Shown here one piece after another: positions 26,513 through 40,579 of a stretch of 64,000 bases of DNA (position 1 is the first letter of the stretch; every line of letters begins with the position of its first letter). The DNA is from Squalus acanthias (taxonomy: Eukaryota): positions 75,208,001 to 75,272,000 of the forward strand of contig CM059432.1 of the NCBI GenBank assembly GCA_030390025.1, read 5' to 3'. Under the pieces are notes generated by a model. The model saw only the letters and a program-made list of their open reading frames with translations, was not told the origin of the DNA and did not search any database. The translations under genes were made by a program, and so were the position numbers.

Positions 26513-27190
26513 GAACAATGACGAACAGGTAAAGACACTCTGGTCCATCCAGCCTGTCCCACACAATTCTGATACCTTGTGCATCACAATATATGTGGTT
26601 AGGATCTGGAATGCACTGCCTGAAAGGGTGGTGGAGGCATACTCAATCGTGGCTTTCGAAAGGGAATTGGATAAGTACCTGAAGGAAAAACATTTGCAGG
26701 GCTACAGGGAAAGAGCAGGGGAGTGGGACCAGCTGAATTGCTCTTGCAGAGAGCCGGCATGGGCTCAACGGGCCGAATGGCCTCTTCTGTGCAGTAACCA
26801 TTCTATGAGTCTATATACACTCACCACCCCACCCAAAGCCATGTGATCTCCTGGGAAAGGTGAAAAACCAGATAAAAACCCAGGTCAGTTTGGGGAAAAG
26901 ATCTTGGAAATTCCTCTCCGATCCCCCTAGGCAATTGAAACTAGTCCAGGAGATGACTTTGGATCTGATAATGCTATGCAGCACCTACCTTTTGTATGAG
27001 GTGATCTCCACCCCAGCCAGAAACAGGTCCAGCTCTTGCTTGAAAGAATTTAGCAAATTGGCATCCACCGCACGAGCTAGGAGCCTATTTCAGAGGTCCA
27101 CTATCCTTTGGGAAAAGAACCACCTCCTGACATCTAACTTAAAATTGTGACCTCTGGTCCTCTCTAACCTATTTCATTGGAACATACTGC
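26513..27190. mobile_element. Nested CR1 3' ends (plus copy 26594-26810 inside a minus copy)
   Basis: VVRIWNALPERVVEA..ggccgaatggcct tail; flanks are reverse-strand CR1 3' sequence. Confidence 0.75.
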
Positions 27191-27214
27191 CTACTTGAAC
27201 TGTTTCTGTTCTAT

Positions 27215-27420
27215 CAGTAACATCAACCAATCTGCAGTCATTACGAGTATAAAGCAAGTGACTTGATACATTTCCCAGATCAAACACTTTCATCGCTTTC
27301 CCAATGGACAACTGGAAACAACACGACAGGTCCCTGGGATTTACTCAAATTGTAGGATCTCGCAAAGTCCAGGGCATCATAGATTGTACACATATTGCCC
27401 TGCGTACTCTTCTCCACACT
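27215..27420 (+). mobile_element. Harbinger (HARBI1-like) transposase fragment
   Basis: KVQGIIDCTHIAL catalytic-D motif preceded by FIAFP. Confidence 0.75.
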
Positions 27421-28411
27421 AGTTCAGCCTGTACCAGCCATGAGATAACCAGTGCATGAGTATATGGCATAGATTTTCTTCTAATGTACTCAGGCTCGAG
27501 TAAAATTGGGTTGAGAACATCAAATGTTCATAATGGAGCCTGCCCAATTTTCCATCTTGAGCTTGCTTCTCTTTTTAAGATCTGGTGTAGGACTGGAGCT
27601 TGGTATGCCAAGTGAGATGAGGCATATTGGTCTCCAGATAGGTTGAAGTAGGTGCTAATTCATAGGGGGTGGGGGGGAAGGGGTTGGGAGTCTTAGAACC
27701 CTCACAGGAATGGTCAGTTTTTTAAAACTATTTATTGGATTGTCCCTTTGCACAGGGGGCCAGAGGGGAGATGACTGGAGTTTCAGAGCGGGGAGGAGGT
27801 GCCTAGGTAACCCCCGCCAATGGTTGACAGGCACCTGACTTTCTGTCTGCATGGGCAGGCAGGTGCTGAAGGTATGCCTGTAATGGTGCATGCATCTGCT
27901 AGCTCCAAGTAAATGAAATGCGTTACTAATAACCCCATAAATGCCAAACACGATCAGTGTTGGAGGGCACTGGCAGCCACAGTCGCAGTATAATCCTGGG
28001 GTTGTGACCTACTGATTTTCGAGGCCCCTTTATCTAATTAGTAGTTTGCCGTGTAGGTGGAAAAGCAATCTTTTCTTTTGTGCCCTGGAGCAACAACAGC
28101 CTTAAACAGAGCATTATTAAACCAGAAGTCTTGTTGATTGCTGTTCTCCCAAGGCTCCAAACATAGAAATGGTGTTGAAACAAACAGGTCGTAGTTTTTG
28201 TTGGCTAATTCCTGTAGCTTGAAGGAATACAGTAAGTGATTTATTAGCTAGTTACAGACCAGAATTTTGTTTTGTTTTTGCTTTTATTTTTCAATATTTA
28301 TGCATGTCAACTATTATAACCCTACCAATAGCTGATCTCTCATATTGATATGTTTTCACCAACAGGGGTTAGATTAACAGGTGTCAAGATGGCATATTAG
28401 TACAATTCCAT

Positions 28412-29343
28412 GTTTTTTTTTATTCGATTATGGGATGTAGGCATCATTTATGTATGCAAGGCCAGCATTTATTGCCCATCCCTAATTGCCCTTGAGAAGG
28501 TGGTGGTGAGCCACCTTCTTGAACCGCTACAGTCCATGTGGTGAAGGTACTCCCACAGTGCTGTTAGGTAGGGAGTTCCAGGATTTTGACCCAACAACAA
28601 TGAAGGATCAGTGATATACTTCTAAGTCAGGATGGTGTGTGACTTGGAGGGGAACTTGGAGGTGGTGGTGTTCCCATGCGCCTGCTGCCCTTGTCCTTCT
28701 AGGTGGAAGAGGTCGCGGGCAAGGGAGGTGCTGCCGAAGAAGCCTTGGCGAGTTGCTGCAGTGCATCTTGTAGATGGTACACACTGCAGCCACGGTACGC
28801 CGGTGGTGGAGGGAGTGAATGTTTAAGGTGGTAGATAGGGTGCCAATCAAGCGGGCTGCTTTGTCCTGGATGGTGTCGAGCTTCTTGAGTGTTGTTGGAG
28901 CTGCACTCATCCAGGCAAGTGGAGAGTATTCCATCACACTCCTTACTTGTGCCTTGTAGATGGTGGAAAGGCTTTGGGGAGTCAGAAGGTGAGACACTCG
29001 CTGCAGAATACCTAGCCTCTGACCTGCTCTTATTGCCACAGTATTTATGTGGCTGGTCCAGTTAAGTTTCTGGTCAATGGTGACCCCCAGGATGTTGATG
29101 GTGGGGGATTCGGCGATGGTAATGCCGTTGAATGTTAAGGGGCAGAGGTTAGACTCTCGCTTGTTGGAGATAGTCATTGCCTGGCACTTCTGTGGCATGA
29201 ATGGTACCCGCCATTTATCAGCCCAAGCCTGAATGTTGTCCAGGTCTTGTTGCATGCGGGCATGGAATGCTTCATTATCTGAGGAGTTGCAAATGGCACT
29301 GAATACTGTGCAGTCATCAGCAAACATCCCCATTTCTGACCTT
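28412..29343 (-). mobile_element. LINE family B RT C-terminal fragment
   Basis: ORF 28608-29333 MFADDCTVF..; shared tail. Confidence 0.92.
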
Positions 29344-31232
29344 GTTATGCTGTACTATAGATTTAATGGCATTATAGCAACATAGATTAAATCATTTACA
29401 ATCAACTCTGAGAAGTAGGCTAATTGCAGGCCATGTAGAATCATAGATGGCACTTTAATTTGATGTTATGGGAGCATGAGTGCCATAGAATCATAACATT
29501 TTATACCTCATAAGGAGGATATTCATCCCACCATTCCTGCGCCAGCTCTCTGAAAGTACTATTCTATTCCCTCCCCTTTCTACAAACCCTTTAAAGTTTT
29601 TCTTTTTCAACTATTTATCCACTTCCCTTTTAAAAAGCTATTATGAATTCTGCTTCCACCACTGTTTATGGTCAGGTATTCTATGTCCTAACAACCCTCT
29701 GCAGAAAAAAAACCTCCTAACCTTCTCCTTCATTCTCTGGTGATGATCTGTAATTGATGTCCTCTAATTACCAACTTATGAATCAGTGGAAATTTTTTTG
29801 TGTTTTACTTTATCAAAACCTCTCATAATTTTGATCACCTCTATTAGACCTCTTTTTTCTAGTGAAGAGAGCTCCAGTCTATCCTCATAACCAAAGCCTC
29901 TCATCCCTGGAATCGTCTGAGTGAATCTTTTCTGCACCCTCTCTGGTCTTGACATCTTTCCTAAAGTAAGATGGCTGAAACTGGATGCAATATTCTAATT
30001 GCAGCCTAACCAATTATTTGTATAGGTTTAGCTTAACTCTTTGCTTTTGTACTCTATAGCACAATTTGCAAAAATTTTCATATAGATTTGCCAATTTCTC
30101 CCCCAGATTTATCTATCTAAACCCCTAAGTGCCTCCGCTCCTCTCATTTTATAGATTTACCCTCTTGTCTATGTCCTCTCATTTTTCCTTCCAAAACATA
30201 TCACATCACATTTTCAGCATTAAATGTCATCTGAAATCTATCTGCCCAATCTACAAAGCATTCTACAGCCTCCTAAAGTTGCTTACATTCCTCTTCACAG
30301 TTTACTATTTTTGTGCCGTCTGCAAATTTTGATATTGTAGTCGTATTGCCTAGTGCAGGGCTCCTCCTGAAGTCCAATGGTTGCAACACTGACACCTGGG
30401 GGAATGACTCTTTATGTCCGAGTCAAAATAACATCTATTAATCGCTACTCTGTTTTCAGTCCTTTAACCAATTTCCTATCCATGCTGCCACATTCCCTTT
30501 AATACCGTGTATTTTAATTTTATCAACAAGTCTCCTACGTGACATCTTATCAAACACCTTTTCAACAATCCATATACGCAACATGCACAGTATTTTCTTT
30601 AACAATAAATGGCATTATTTCCTCAAAGACCTCTATTAAATTTGTCAGGCATGACTTGCATTTTACAATTCATAGGAACAGGAGTAGGCCATTCAGTCCC
30701 TCGAGCCTGTTCCGCCATTCAGTTAGATCATGGCTGATCTGTACTTTAACTCCATTTACCCACCTTGGTTCCGTAACCCTCGTCTAACAAAAATCTATCA
30801 ATCTAAGTTTTGAAATTTTCATTTGAACTAGCTGCAACAGCTTTTTTTGGGAGAGAATTCCAAATTTCCATTACCCTTTGTGTGAAGATGTGCTTTCTGA
30901 CATCACCCCTGAACGGCCTAACTCTAATTTTAAGGTTATGCCACCTTGTTCTGAACTCCCCCACCAGACTAAATAGTTTCTCTCTAGCTACCCTATTAAA
31001 TCCTTTAATCATCTTAAACACCTCAATTATATCACCCCTTAATCTTCTATATTCGAGGGACTACAAACCTAGCCTATGCAACCTGCCCTCATAATTCAAC
31101 CCTTTTAACTTCTATCATTTTGGTGAATCCACGCTGTATCCACTCGAAGGTCAATATATCTTTCTTGAGGTGCATGCCCAAAACTGAAGGCAGTACTCCA
31201 GAGCTTTATACAGCTGTACAATAACTTCCACT

Positions 31233-31353
31233 CAATGTTCTCTCTAATTTTTTTGTTTGGTGCGCAGTCCCTTTACATTTGCTCCACGGCCTGCGCAGGA
31301 CCTCACAATTGGTGCACAACCGCACGGCCGCACACCTTTGGGGGGGAACATTG
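31233..31353. mobile_element. hAT-like MITE (121 bp)
   Basis: TIR CAATGTTC / GAACATTG; approximate 8-bp TSD cttccact/cctctacc; interrupts CR1. Confidence 0.7.
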
Positions 31354-31758
31354 CCTCTACCCCTTTGAATTCCAGCCTCCTTGAGATGAAGGTAAACATT
31401 CCATTAGCCTTTTCAATTATTTTTTGTATCTGTCCACTAATTTTTAGTGATCTCTGTACTTGGACCCCTAAATCTCTCTGTGCATCCACAGTTCCTAGCT
31501 TCTCACCATTTAGGAAATACTCTGATCTATCTTTCTTGGGTCCAAAATGGATGACCTTGCACTTCCTGATGTTGAATTCCATCTGCCACAGTTTTGCGCA
31601 CTCACTTAATTTATCAATTTCCCTTTGCAATTTTCTGCTCCCATCTACATGACTTACTGTACCACCTTACCTTAGTGTCATCAGCAAATTTGGATATTCA
31701 GCTCTCTATTCCTTCATCTAAGTCATTTATAAATACAGTAAAAAGCTGAAGCCACCGA

Positions 31759-31913
31759 CAATGTTCCCGTTATTTTTTTCCCACGCGCAGTCCCTTTATA
31801 ATTCTAATTTTGCACATGTGCGGTTTTTACGATGCAAAAACTAGTGAGCGGCCTGCGTATGTCCTCACAGACACTGCGCATCAGCGTGGTCGCGCAGCTA
31901 CAAGGGAACATTG
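31759..31913. mobile_element. hAT-like MITE (155 bp), same family
   Basis: TIR CAATGTTCCC / GGGAACATTG; shares gcgcagtcccttta with 31233 copy. Confidence 0.7.
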
Positions 31914-32744
31914 GCCGCAGTACAGATCCATGGAAGACACCACTAGTCACGGCCTGGCAATTGGAGTACATACCAATTATCCCTACTCTCTGTCTCTACC
32001 TCCTAACAAATTCCTTACCAATGTCAAAAGGTTGCCTCCAATTCCAGGCGGTCCATTGTTCCTAACAGTATCTTGTGTGGAAACTTATCGAATGCCTTCT
32101 GGAAGTCCATATAAATAACATCCATAGACACACCCTCATCAACCACGTTAGTGACCTCCTCAAAAAATGCAACTATCTTAATTAGACAGGACATCTCCTT
32201 TACAAATCCATGCTGGCTCTCTCTGATCAGTTCATATTTGTCCAAGTGCTCAGTCACTCTGTCCCTAATAACAGATTCTATTTACATCCCCACATCAGAT
32301 GTTAGACTAATATGTCTATAATTTCCTCGTTTATTTCTCCAATCCTTCTTAAATAATGGAGTAACTTTGGCAATTTTCCAATCCAAGTGGGCAGTTCCTG
32401 AATCAAGAGATTTTTGGAACATCATGACTAACCCATCAATAAATTCCTCACCACCTTCTTTTAATACCCTGGGGTGGAAACATTGGGTCTTGCAGATTTG
32501 TCGATCTTCAGTCTCATAATTTTCCCCATTACCATTTTTAAAAACTTATATTTAATCTCATGTTGATTCTTCTTAATTAACCTATGTCTTTCTTGTTGAA
32601 TGTTAATGTTATCCTGTTTTATTATCTTTAGAAGCTTACTCTCTACCTGGTTTATCCCTTTTCCCCCTTTTTGAACAGAGGTTTATTAGCAACCTTTCAC
32701 AACTTTCATATCTGAGGATATTTGTAAGATTGTGGTCAGACTCT

Positions 32745-34272
32745 CTGCTATCCCTGCTGTCGTGCTGAAGACATGTGTTCCAGAACTAGCCGCGCCTCTA
32801 GCCAAGCTGTTCCAGTACAGCTACAACACTGGCATCTATCCGACAATGTGTAAAACTGCCCAGGTATGTCCTGTCCACAAAAAGCAGGACAAATCCAATC
32901 CGGCCAATTACCGCCCCATCAGTCTACTCTCAATCATCAGCAAAGTGATGGAAGGTGTCGTCGACAGTGCTATCAAGCGGCACTTACTCACCAACAACCT
33001 TCTCACCGATGCTGAGTTTGGGTTCTGCCAGGGCCACTCAGCTCCAGACCTCATTACAGCCTTTGTCCAAATATGGACTAAAGAGCCGAATTCCACAGGT
33101 GAGGCAAGAGTGACTGCCCTTGACATCAAGGCAGCATTTGACCAAGTGTGGCATCAAGGAGCCCTAGTAAAATTGAAGTCAATGGGAATCAGGGGGGAAA
33201 TTCTCCACTGGCTGGAGTCATACCAAGCACAAAGGAAGATGGTAGTGGTTGTTGGAGGCCAATCATCTCAGCCCCAGGAGTTCCTCAGGGTAGTGTTCTG
33301 GGCCCAACCATCTTCAGCTGCTTCATCAATGACCTTCCCTTCATCATAAGGTCAGAAGTGGGGATGTTCGCTGATGATTGCACAGTGTTCAGTTCCATTC
33401 GCAACTCCTCAGATAATGAAGCAGTCCATGCCTGCATGCAACACGACCTGGATGACATTCAGGCTTAGGTTGATAAGTTGCACGTAACATTCGTGCCACA
33501 GAAGTGCCAGGCAATGATTATCTCCAACAAGCGAAAGTCGAACCACTGCCCCTTGACATACAATGGCATTACTAGCTCCAAATCCCCCACCATCAACATC
33601 TTGGGGGTAACCATTGACCAGAAACTTAACTGGACCAGCCACATAAATACTGTGGCCGCAAGAGCAGGTCAGAGGCTGGGTATTCTGCGGCGAGTGTCTC
33701 ACCTTCTGACTCCCCAAAGCCTTTCCAACATTTACAAGGCACAAGTCAGGAGTGTGATGGAATACTCTCCACTCGCCTGGATGAGTGCAGCTCCAACAAC
33801 ACGCAAGAAGCTTGACACCATCCAGGACAAAGCAGCCCACTTGATTGGCACCCCATCCACCACCTTAAAAATTCACTCCCTGCACCACCGGCGCACCGTA
33901 GCTGCAGTGTGTACCATCTACAAGATTTACAGCAGCAACTCGCCAAGGCTTCTTCGACAGCACCTCCCAAACCCGCGACCTCTACCACCTAGAAGGACCA
34001 GGGCAGCAGGCGCATGGGAACACCATCACCTGCAAGTTCCCCTCCAAGTTACACACCATCCTGACTTGGAAGTATATCGCCGATCCTTCATTGTCGCTGG
34101 GTCAAAATCCTGGAACTCCCTCCCTAACAGCACTGTGGGAGTACCTTCACCACACGGACTGCAGCGGTTCAAGAAGGTGGTTCACCACCACCTTCTCAAG
34201 GGCAATTAGGGATGGGCAATAAATGCTGGCCTTGCCAGCGACGCCCACATCCCAGGAACAAATTTAAAAAAA
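32745..34272 (+). mobile_element. LINE family B, 5'-truncated RT
   Basis: NYRPISLLS..ALDIKAAFD..GVPQGSVLGP..FADD; frameshift near 33275. Confidence 0.93.
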
Positions 34273-36785
34273 GATTCTGAATTAGAATTTATAGTAAAAA
34301 TACTGAAGAACTTATGCAGCAATTAAACAAAAAAATCCAAGATATCTTCAAAAATGATCTGTTCACTCTTACTTATTGTGGCAAAAATCAAATTTAATTT
34401 TTAACATGTATTCTTCTTTGCTAGAAACAGCATGTGAGTGGTTTACAAACCCAGTCACACAGGGGGCCTGAAATGCAAAAATATTTTGCTGCAAAAGTGG
34501 TGTAGTTCTGGCATTGACCATGACTGGAATTAATGGCGTAAATTAGGTTCGCCAGAGTTACACCTGTTCTAAAATACATTTTAAATTCCAGTCTAATTGT
34601 CTGCTAGCAGAAGATGTATCTGCCCCAAAGTCTTGGGTGTAGGCAAATTAAAGAATAGTGAGGACAAATGCAGATGTCCCCAAATTTCTGCCATTTACAC
34701 CAGAATTGCACCTGACTTAAAGAGTTATCTGCATGACTTGTTAAATCAGGAAGTGGTTGAGTTAAGGGGGGTGAAATTCGATGAGGCTCAAAAACAGGCG
34801 CGGGCACTGCAATGAGAGATATGCCCGAGCCGGTTCAGAAAGTGCAGGCAGCACGTCAATTTGGTGCTGCCTGATAATTAACATGATTGTAGCGCACAGC
34901 CTAGCAATTAAAGCCCTGGTGACAGCCTGTGCACTCAGCAGGGGGCCCAAGTTTGCGTCGCTGGAGCGAGGCTGGCTTTACTTAAAGTGAACATCAAGCC
35001 ACCGTGTCCAAGACCGTCACTGACCTCATCTCCTCTGGAGATCTTCCCCCCACGGCCGCCAACCTCATAGTTCCCCAACCGCGCACAGCCCGCTTCTACC
35101 TCCTTCCCAAGATCCACAAACAGGACTGCCCCGGTAGACCCATCGTTTCAGCCTGTTCTTGCCCCACGGAACTTATCTCTTCCTATCTCGACTCTATTTT
35201 TTCTCCCCTTGTCCAGTCTCTTCCCACCTACATCCGCGACTCTTCCGATGCCCTCCGCCATTTTAACAGTTTCCAGTTTCCCGGCCCCCAACCGTCTCCT
35301 CTTCACTATGGACGTACAATCCCTCTACACCTCCATTCCCCACCAGGATGGCCTGAGGGCGCTCCGCTTCTTCCTTGAACAGAGGCCCAACCAGTCCCCA
35401 TCCACCACCACCCTCCTCCGCCTGGCTGAACTTGTTCTCACATTGAACAACTTCTCCTTTGACTCTACCCATTTCCTCCAAATTAAAGGTGTTGCTATGG
35501 GTACCCGCATGGGTCCTAGCTATGCCTGCCTTTTCGTGGGATATGTGGAACACTCTTTGTTCCAGTCCTACTCGGGTCCCCTCCCTCACCTCTTTTTCCG
35601 GTACATTGATGACTGTATCGGTGCCGTCTCCTGCTCTCGCCCTGAACTAGAACATTTCATTCACTATGCTTCCAATTTCCACCCTTCCCTCACCTTCACA
35701 TGGTCCATCTCCGACTCTTCCCTTCCCTTCCTCGACTTCTCCATCTCCATCTCTGGGGATAGGTTATTGACTAACATTCACTACAAGCCCACTGACTCCC
35801 ACAGCTACCTGGACTACACTTCCTCCCACCCCGCCTCCTGTAAGGACTCTATTCCATTCTCCCAGTTTCTCCGTCTCCGCCGCATCTGCTCTGATGATGC
35901 CACCTTCCATACCAGTGCTTCCGACATGTCTTCCTTTTTCCTCAACCGAGGATTCCCCTCTACCGTGGTCGACACGGCCCTCGACCGTGTCCGTTCTATC
36001 TCCCGCACTTCTGCCCTCACCCCTGCCCCTCCCTCCCGGAACCACGATAGGGTTCCCCTTGTCCTCACCTTTCACCCCACCAGCCTCCACATTCAACGGA
36101 TCATCCTCCGCCATTTCCGCCACCTCCAGCGTGATCCCACCACCAAACACATCTTCCCCTCACCTCCCCTTTCAGCATTCCGCAGGGACCCGCTCCCTCC
36201 GCGACACCCTAGTCCACTCCTCTACCACCCCCAGCACCCCTTCCCCTTCGCCCGGCACCTTCCCGTGCACGCGCAGGAGATGCAACACATGCCCTTACAC
36301 CTCCCCTCTTCCCACTGTCCAGGGCCCCAAACACCCCTTCCAGGTGAAACAGCGATTTACTTGTACTTCCTGCAATTTAGTATACTGTATTCGCTGCTCA
36401 CGATGTGGTCTCCTCTACATTGGGGAGACCAAACGCAGATTGGGTGACCGCTTTGCGGAACACCTCCGTTCAGTCCGTAAGGGGGACCCCGAGCTCCCGG
36501 TGGCCTGTCACTTTAATTCACCGCTTCACTCCCACTCTGACCTCACCGTCCTCGGCCTATTACACTGTTCCACGGAAGCGCAGCGTAAGCTCGAGGAACA
36601 GCACCTCATCTTTCGTTTAGGCACGCTACAGCCCTCTGGACTCAATATCGAGTTCAACAATTTTAGATCATAACCTCAGCTCCAATCACATTTATATTTT
36701 ATTTTTTCCACCCTTTTATTTGCCCCCCCCCACCTTTTTTTTCCTCCTAGAAGCTGGCAGCTGTCCTTCATTCTGCCAGTGGATT

Positions 36786-38381
36786 TAAGAACATAAGAAC
36801 ATAAGAAATAGGAGCAGGAGTAGGCCAATCGGCCCCTCGAGCCTGCTCCGCCATTCAATAAGATCATGGCTGATCTGATCCTAACCGCCAATCTACTATC
36901 TATCACAGAACCATCTCCTGCATCTAACAGAATTGCACACACGAAATAGGAGCAGAATCAGGCTACACAGTCCCTGGGCCCGCTCCACTACCCACAGGGC
37001 CATGACCGATCCGAACCTAGACTCATGTCCAAATTCCTGCCCGCTCCCCGTAACCCTTAATGCCCTTTACTTCTAGGAAACTGTCTATTTCTGTTTTAAA
37101 TTTAATTAATGTTGTAGCTTCTACAGCTTTTTGTGGCAGCATATTCCATGGACCTACCACCCTCTGAGTGAAGTAGTTCCTCCTCATCTCAGTTTTGAAA
37201 GAGCAGCCCCTTATTCTAAGACTATGTCCCCTAGTTCTCGTCTCACCCGTCATCGGGAACATCCTCCCCGCATCCACCCGATCCAACCCCTTCACAATCT
37301 TATATGTTTCAATAAGATCGCCTCTCATTCTTCTGAACTCCAATGAGTAGAGTCCCAATCTACCCAACCTCTCCTCATATGACCACCCCCTCATCCCCGG
37401 GATTAACCGAATGAACCTTTTTTGCACTGCCTCGAGAGCAAGGACGTCTTTCCTTAAGTAAGGACACCAAAACTGTATGCAGTATTCCAGGTGCGGTCTC
37501 ACCAATACCTTGTACAACTGAAGCAATACCTCCCTATTTTTATATTCTATCCCCCTAGCAATGAAAGCCAACATTCCATTTGCCTTCTTAATCACTTGCT
37601 GCACCTGCATACTAACCTTTTGAGTTTCGTGCACCAGGACCCCCAGATCCCTTTGCACTTTAGTACTCTCCAGTTTCTTGCCATTAAGATAATAAATTGC
37701 TCTAGGATTTTTCCTGCCAAAGTGCATCACCTCACACTTTCCAGTGTTGTATTCCATCTGCCAAATCTCTGCCCACTTACTTAGCCTGTCTATGTCCCCT
37801 TGCAGGTTTTTTATGTCCTCCTCATTCACTACTTTCCCTCCCATCTTTGTATCATCTGCAAATTTTGATATGTTACACTTGGTCCCTTCCTCCAAATCGT
37901 TAATATAGATTGTGAAGAGTTGGGGACCCAGCACTGACCCCTGTGGAACACCACTAGTTACTGATTGCCAGTCTGAGAATGAACCATTTATCCCAACTCT
38001 TTGCTTTCTGTTAGATAGCCAATCCTCTATCCATGCCAGAATATTACCCCCAATTCCGTGATTTTTTACCTTAAGCAATAATCTTTTGTGTGGCACCTTG
38101 TCAAATGCCTTTTGGAAGTCTAAATACACTACGTCCACTGGTTCCCCTTTATCCACTCTATATGTTACTTCCTCAAAGAACTCCAGCAAATTTGTCAAAC
38201 ATGACTTCCCCTTCGTAAAACCATGCTGACTTTGTCCTATTAAATTATGATTATCCAAATGTCCTGTTACTGTTTCCTTAATAATGGACTCCAAAATTTT
38301 ACCTACCACAGATGTTAGGCTAACCGGTCTATAGTTACCAGCCTTCTGTCTACTGCCCTTTTTAAATAAGGGTGTTACATT
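36786..38381 (-). mobile_element. 5'-truncated CR1 LINE with open 428-aa RT ORF (37023-38309)
   Basis: QHGF..LDFQKAFDKV..GVPQGSVLGP..FADD; (ttcttatg)n tail. Confidence 0.95.
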
Positions 38382-38544
38382 TCACACTTCTTTCAGCCTT
38401 AATCTGTCACATTAACACCACCTCTAGCCTTGCATATCTCTTAATGTCTCTTAATGTCTCTTCCTCTCCCCCTTTGTTCTTTTATCCCCTCCCCCTTTTC
38501 CCAGCTTTACCCTGGCCTTAAATCCATTTGATTTCCGGCTCTTC

Positions 38545-38586
38545 ACAGTTCTGACGAAAGGTCATCGACCTGAAACGTTAACTCTC
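38545..38586 (+). ncRNA. Minimal type-I hammerhead ribozyme motif in Penelope pLTR
   Basis: AGTT-CTGACGA-A-AGGTC-atc-GACCT-GAAACGTT-AACT: core, stem II, palindromic stem III, stem I. Confidence 0.75.
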
Positions 38587-40579
38587 TTTCTCTCTCCACG
38601 GATGCTGCCTGGCCTGCTGAGTTTTTCCAGCGTTTTCTGTTGTTATTTACTTAAAGCTAGCCTGTTCCTTTTCAAGGCAGTCTCCAGCTCTTAAAGCTGA
38701 ACTGCCTTCTGAAAAAAAATTAAAATCCTTCAGAACTCGGCAGTCTGCTGCTCTTAAAGCGAAATTGCCTTCTGCATATTAAAAATGCTAAAAGTGCTTC
38801 AGCACTAACCCAAATGGTTCAACAGGCCTGGGAAAGTGCACCCAGGGTCTCAGACACAGCACTCCAACTTTGTGCAGGGGGTCAACACTTCAACAGAGGT
38901 CCTCTTCCCACAGCAGGCCAGGAGGCTCTCCAGAAAGAAGGATGTGGGACCAGATCGCGGAGGCCAACACTGCCAACACTATTGCCCCCAGGACCTTGCT
39001 CCAGTGCCCAAAGAAGTTTCATGACCTCAGACGAGTGGTCAAGGTCAGCGAATGCATCTTAAAAAGCCGTCTCCTACCAACTGCACCACTAGCCTCACAC
39101 ACTGCTCAATGCATGACCCCCCCCCCCAATCACTCACCTACCAACAATCTCTACCAATCACGAGGCACACCTCACATTCCTAGCTTCACCTCACCCCCTT
39201 GAAGGAGATAGTGCGGGCCATTCTTGGCAGGGGCATCGCTGATCCCTTGGCTAGCGGCAGGGCTGAAAGAACACAAGATGCAGGTATACTCATACGTTAT
39301 CCTCCTTCTCACATCCCACTTCCCCCTCATCCCACAATCTCTTCTGACTTACAAGCTGCATGTGGTGTAAGCATGCACCTCTTGCTTTACTCCCCCCTCC
39401 CCTCACCACAACCCTACCCTTGTGCCTTCCTCATTTCAGAGACCCAAGAAATCCAGCCTGCCCATCCAGTGGTTGACCAAGAAGAGAGAGAGAAGTGTTA
39501 AGAAGAAGAAGAAGAAACAATGTCACTCGATTTCACACTCCCAGCTACCAGCTCCTCAAGGTTGTCCTGCAAGACCATTTGCAGTGTCCCCTACTGAAAG
39601 TCAGCAGCCTTCCACCAACCATGCTGCAGCCACTGGCATAGCACTGCGTTACATCACTAGGATAGGCAAAGGCGCACGCTAGACACTCACTAAGGGAATG
39701 CACAAGGGTGATTAGTTGATTTTTTTGATGTAATATTGGAGGCATATATGGGTAAAGTTGAATTGGAAAGTTTGCTTAGTGGTGGCTTTTATTTCAGCAT
39801 TGTGACGAAGAGGACGCTGTGATGGTCAGTAACAGAGGGAAGGTAAGGCGTGTGACAAATGTTGAAAGGTGCATTGGGGTTGTGTTCACTGGTACCGCAG
39901 GCGGATGATTCGATCCTGGATATCCCGGCCAGAAAGAGGCTGGCTGGGTTGCCTCCTTCCTTCTGCTTCTTCCTCTTCTGCTTCCTCCTCCCTCTGCGAG
40001 CAGCTTGTTCCCTTTGCTGCCTCTGCTTCATCTCCATGTCATGCTGCATCCCAAGGGGGACTGCAACTACAGCCCCCAGGACTGGGAGCAAGTGGTCTTC
40101 TCAGAGGCCTTCCTTTAAGAGGCAAAGCCTTGCAAATGTCCAGCAGCACTTCCTGCACACTTTAACAACTTTTTAAATGCATTGCACCAAGCCACTACTC
40201 AAATAAAATGTAAAATAACTTACCAAAAGCAAAAATCTAAACTTACCTGAAAGATGTGTGTGACCCTTTAAGAAGCGCTGGCAATGTCTCTGTTGTACTA
40301 GTGTGTGCATGTTCTTCCGTGCGTTGTTTGGAGTGTGTGGTATCCAGAGCGGCGACGTCGAAAATCACAGATCCTGCGTCAATTCAGGCATTGTATGCCG
40401 ATTCATGTCACGATCTACATCATTTAAATGTGGGCGGCAAGCACAGGTAATGGCAGCGCTGCCAAACTGCCCAAAATGGTGGCCACCACGTTCCGGGCCG
40501 GATGCAGGCGGAAGCAAGGCAGTAACCAATTTTTCAGCAAAACTGGCCTGAAAGGCCGGCGCTAAACCTCCCAATTTTG

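Larger units (their letters stand above)
29480..32700 (-). mobile_element. Nested degenerate CR1 LINEs (younger copy ~30670-32520)
   Basis: ESQHGFVK..DFQKAFDK, WQMEFN..KCKVIHFG, FTQRVMEIWNSLP. Confidence 0.85.
34988..38645 (+). mobile_element. Penelope-like retroelement, 5'-truncated (RT + GIY-YIG), interrupted by CR1
   Basis: LLPKIHK..GRPIVS, MDVQSLYTSI, GVAMGT, FRYIDD, VYCIRC..YIGETKR.L.DRF.EH; 11-bp TSD tttacttaaag at 34977 and 38646. Confidence 0.93.

Noticed and set aside
26484..26528. Apparent 45-nt plus-strand exon
   Set aside because: Donor lies in a reverse-strand CR1 tail, and splicing from the 19589 donor gives a stop
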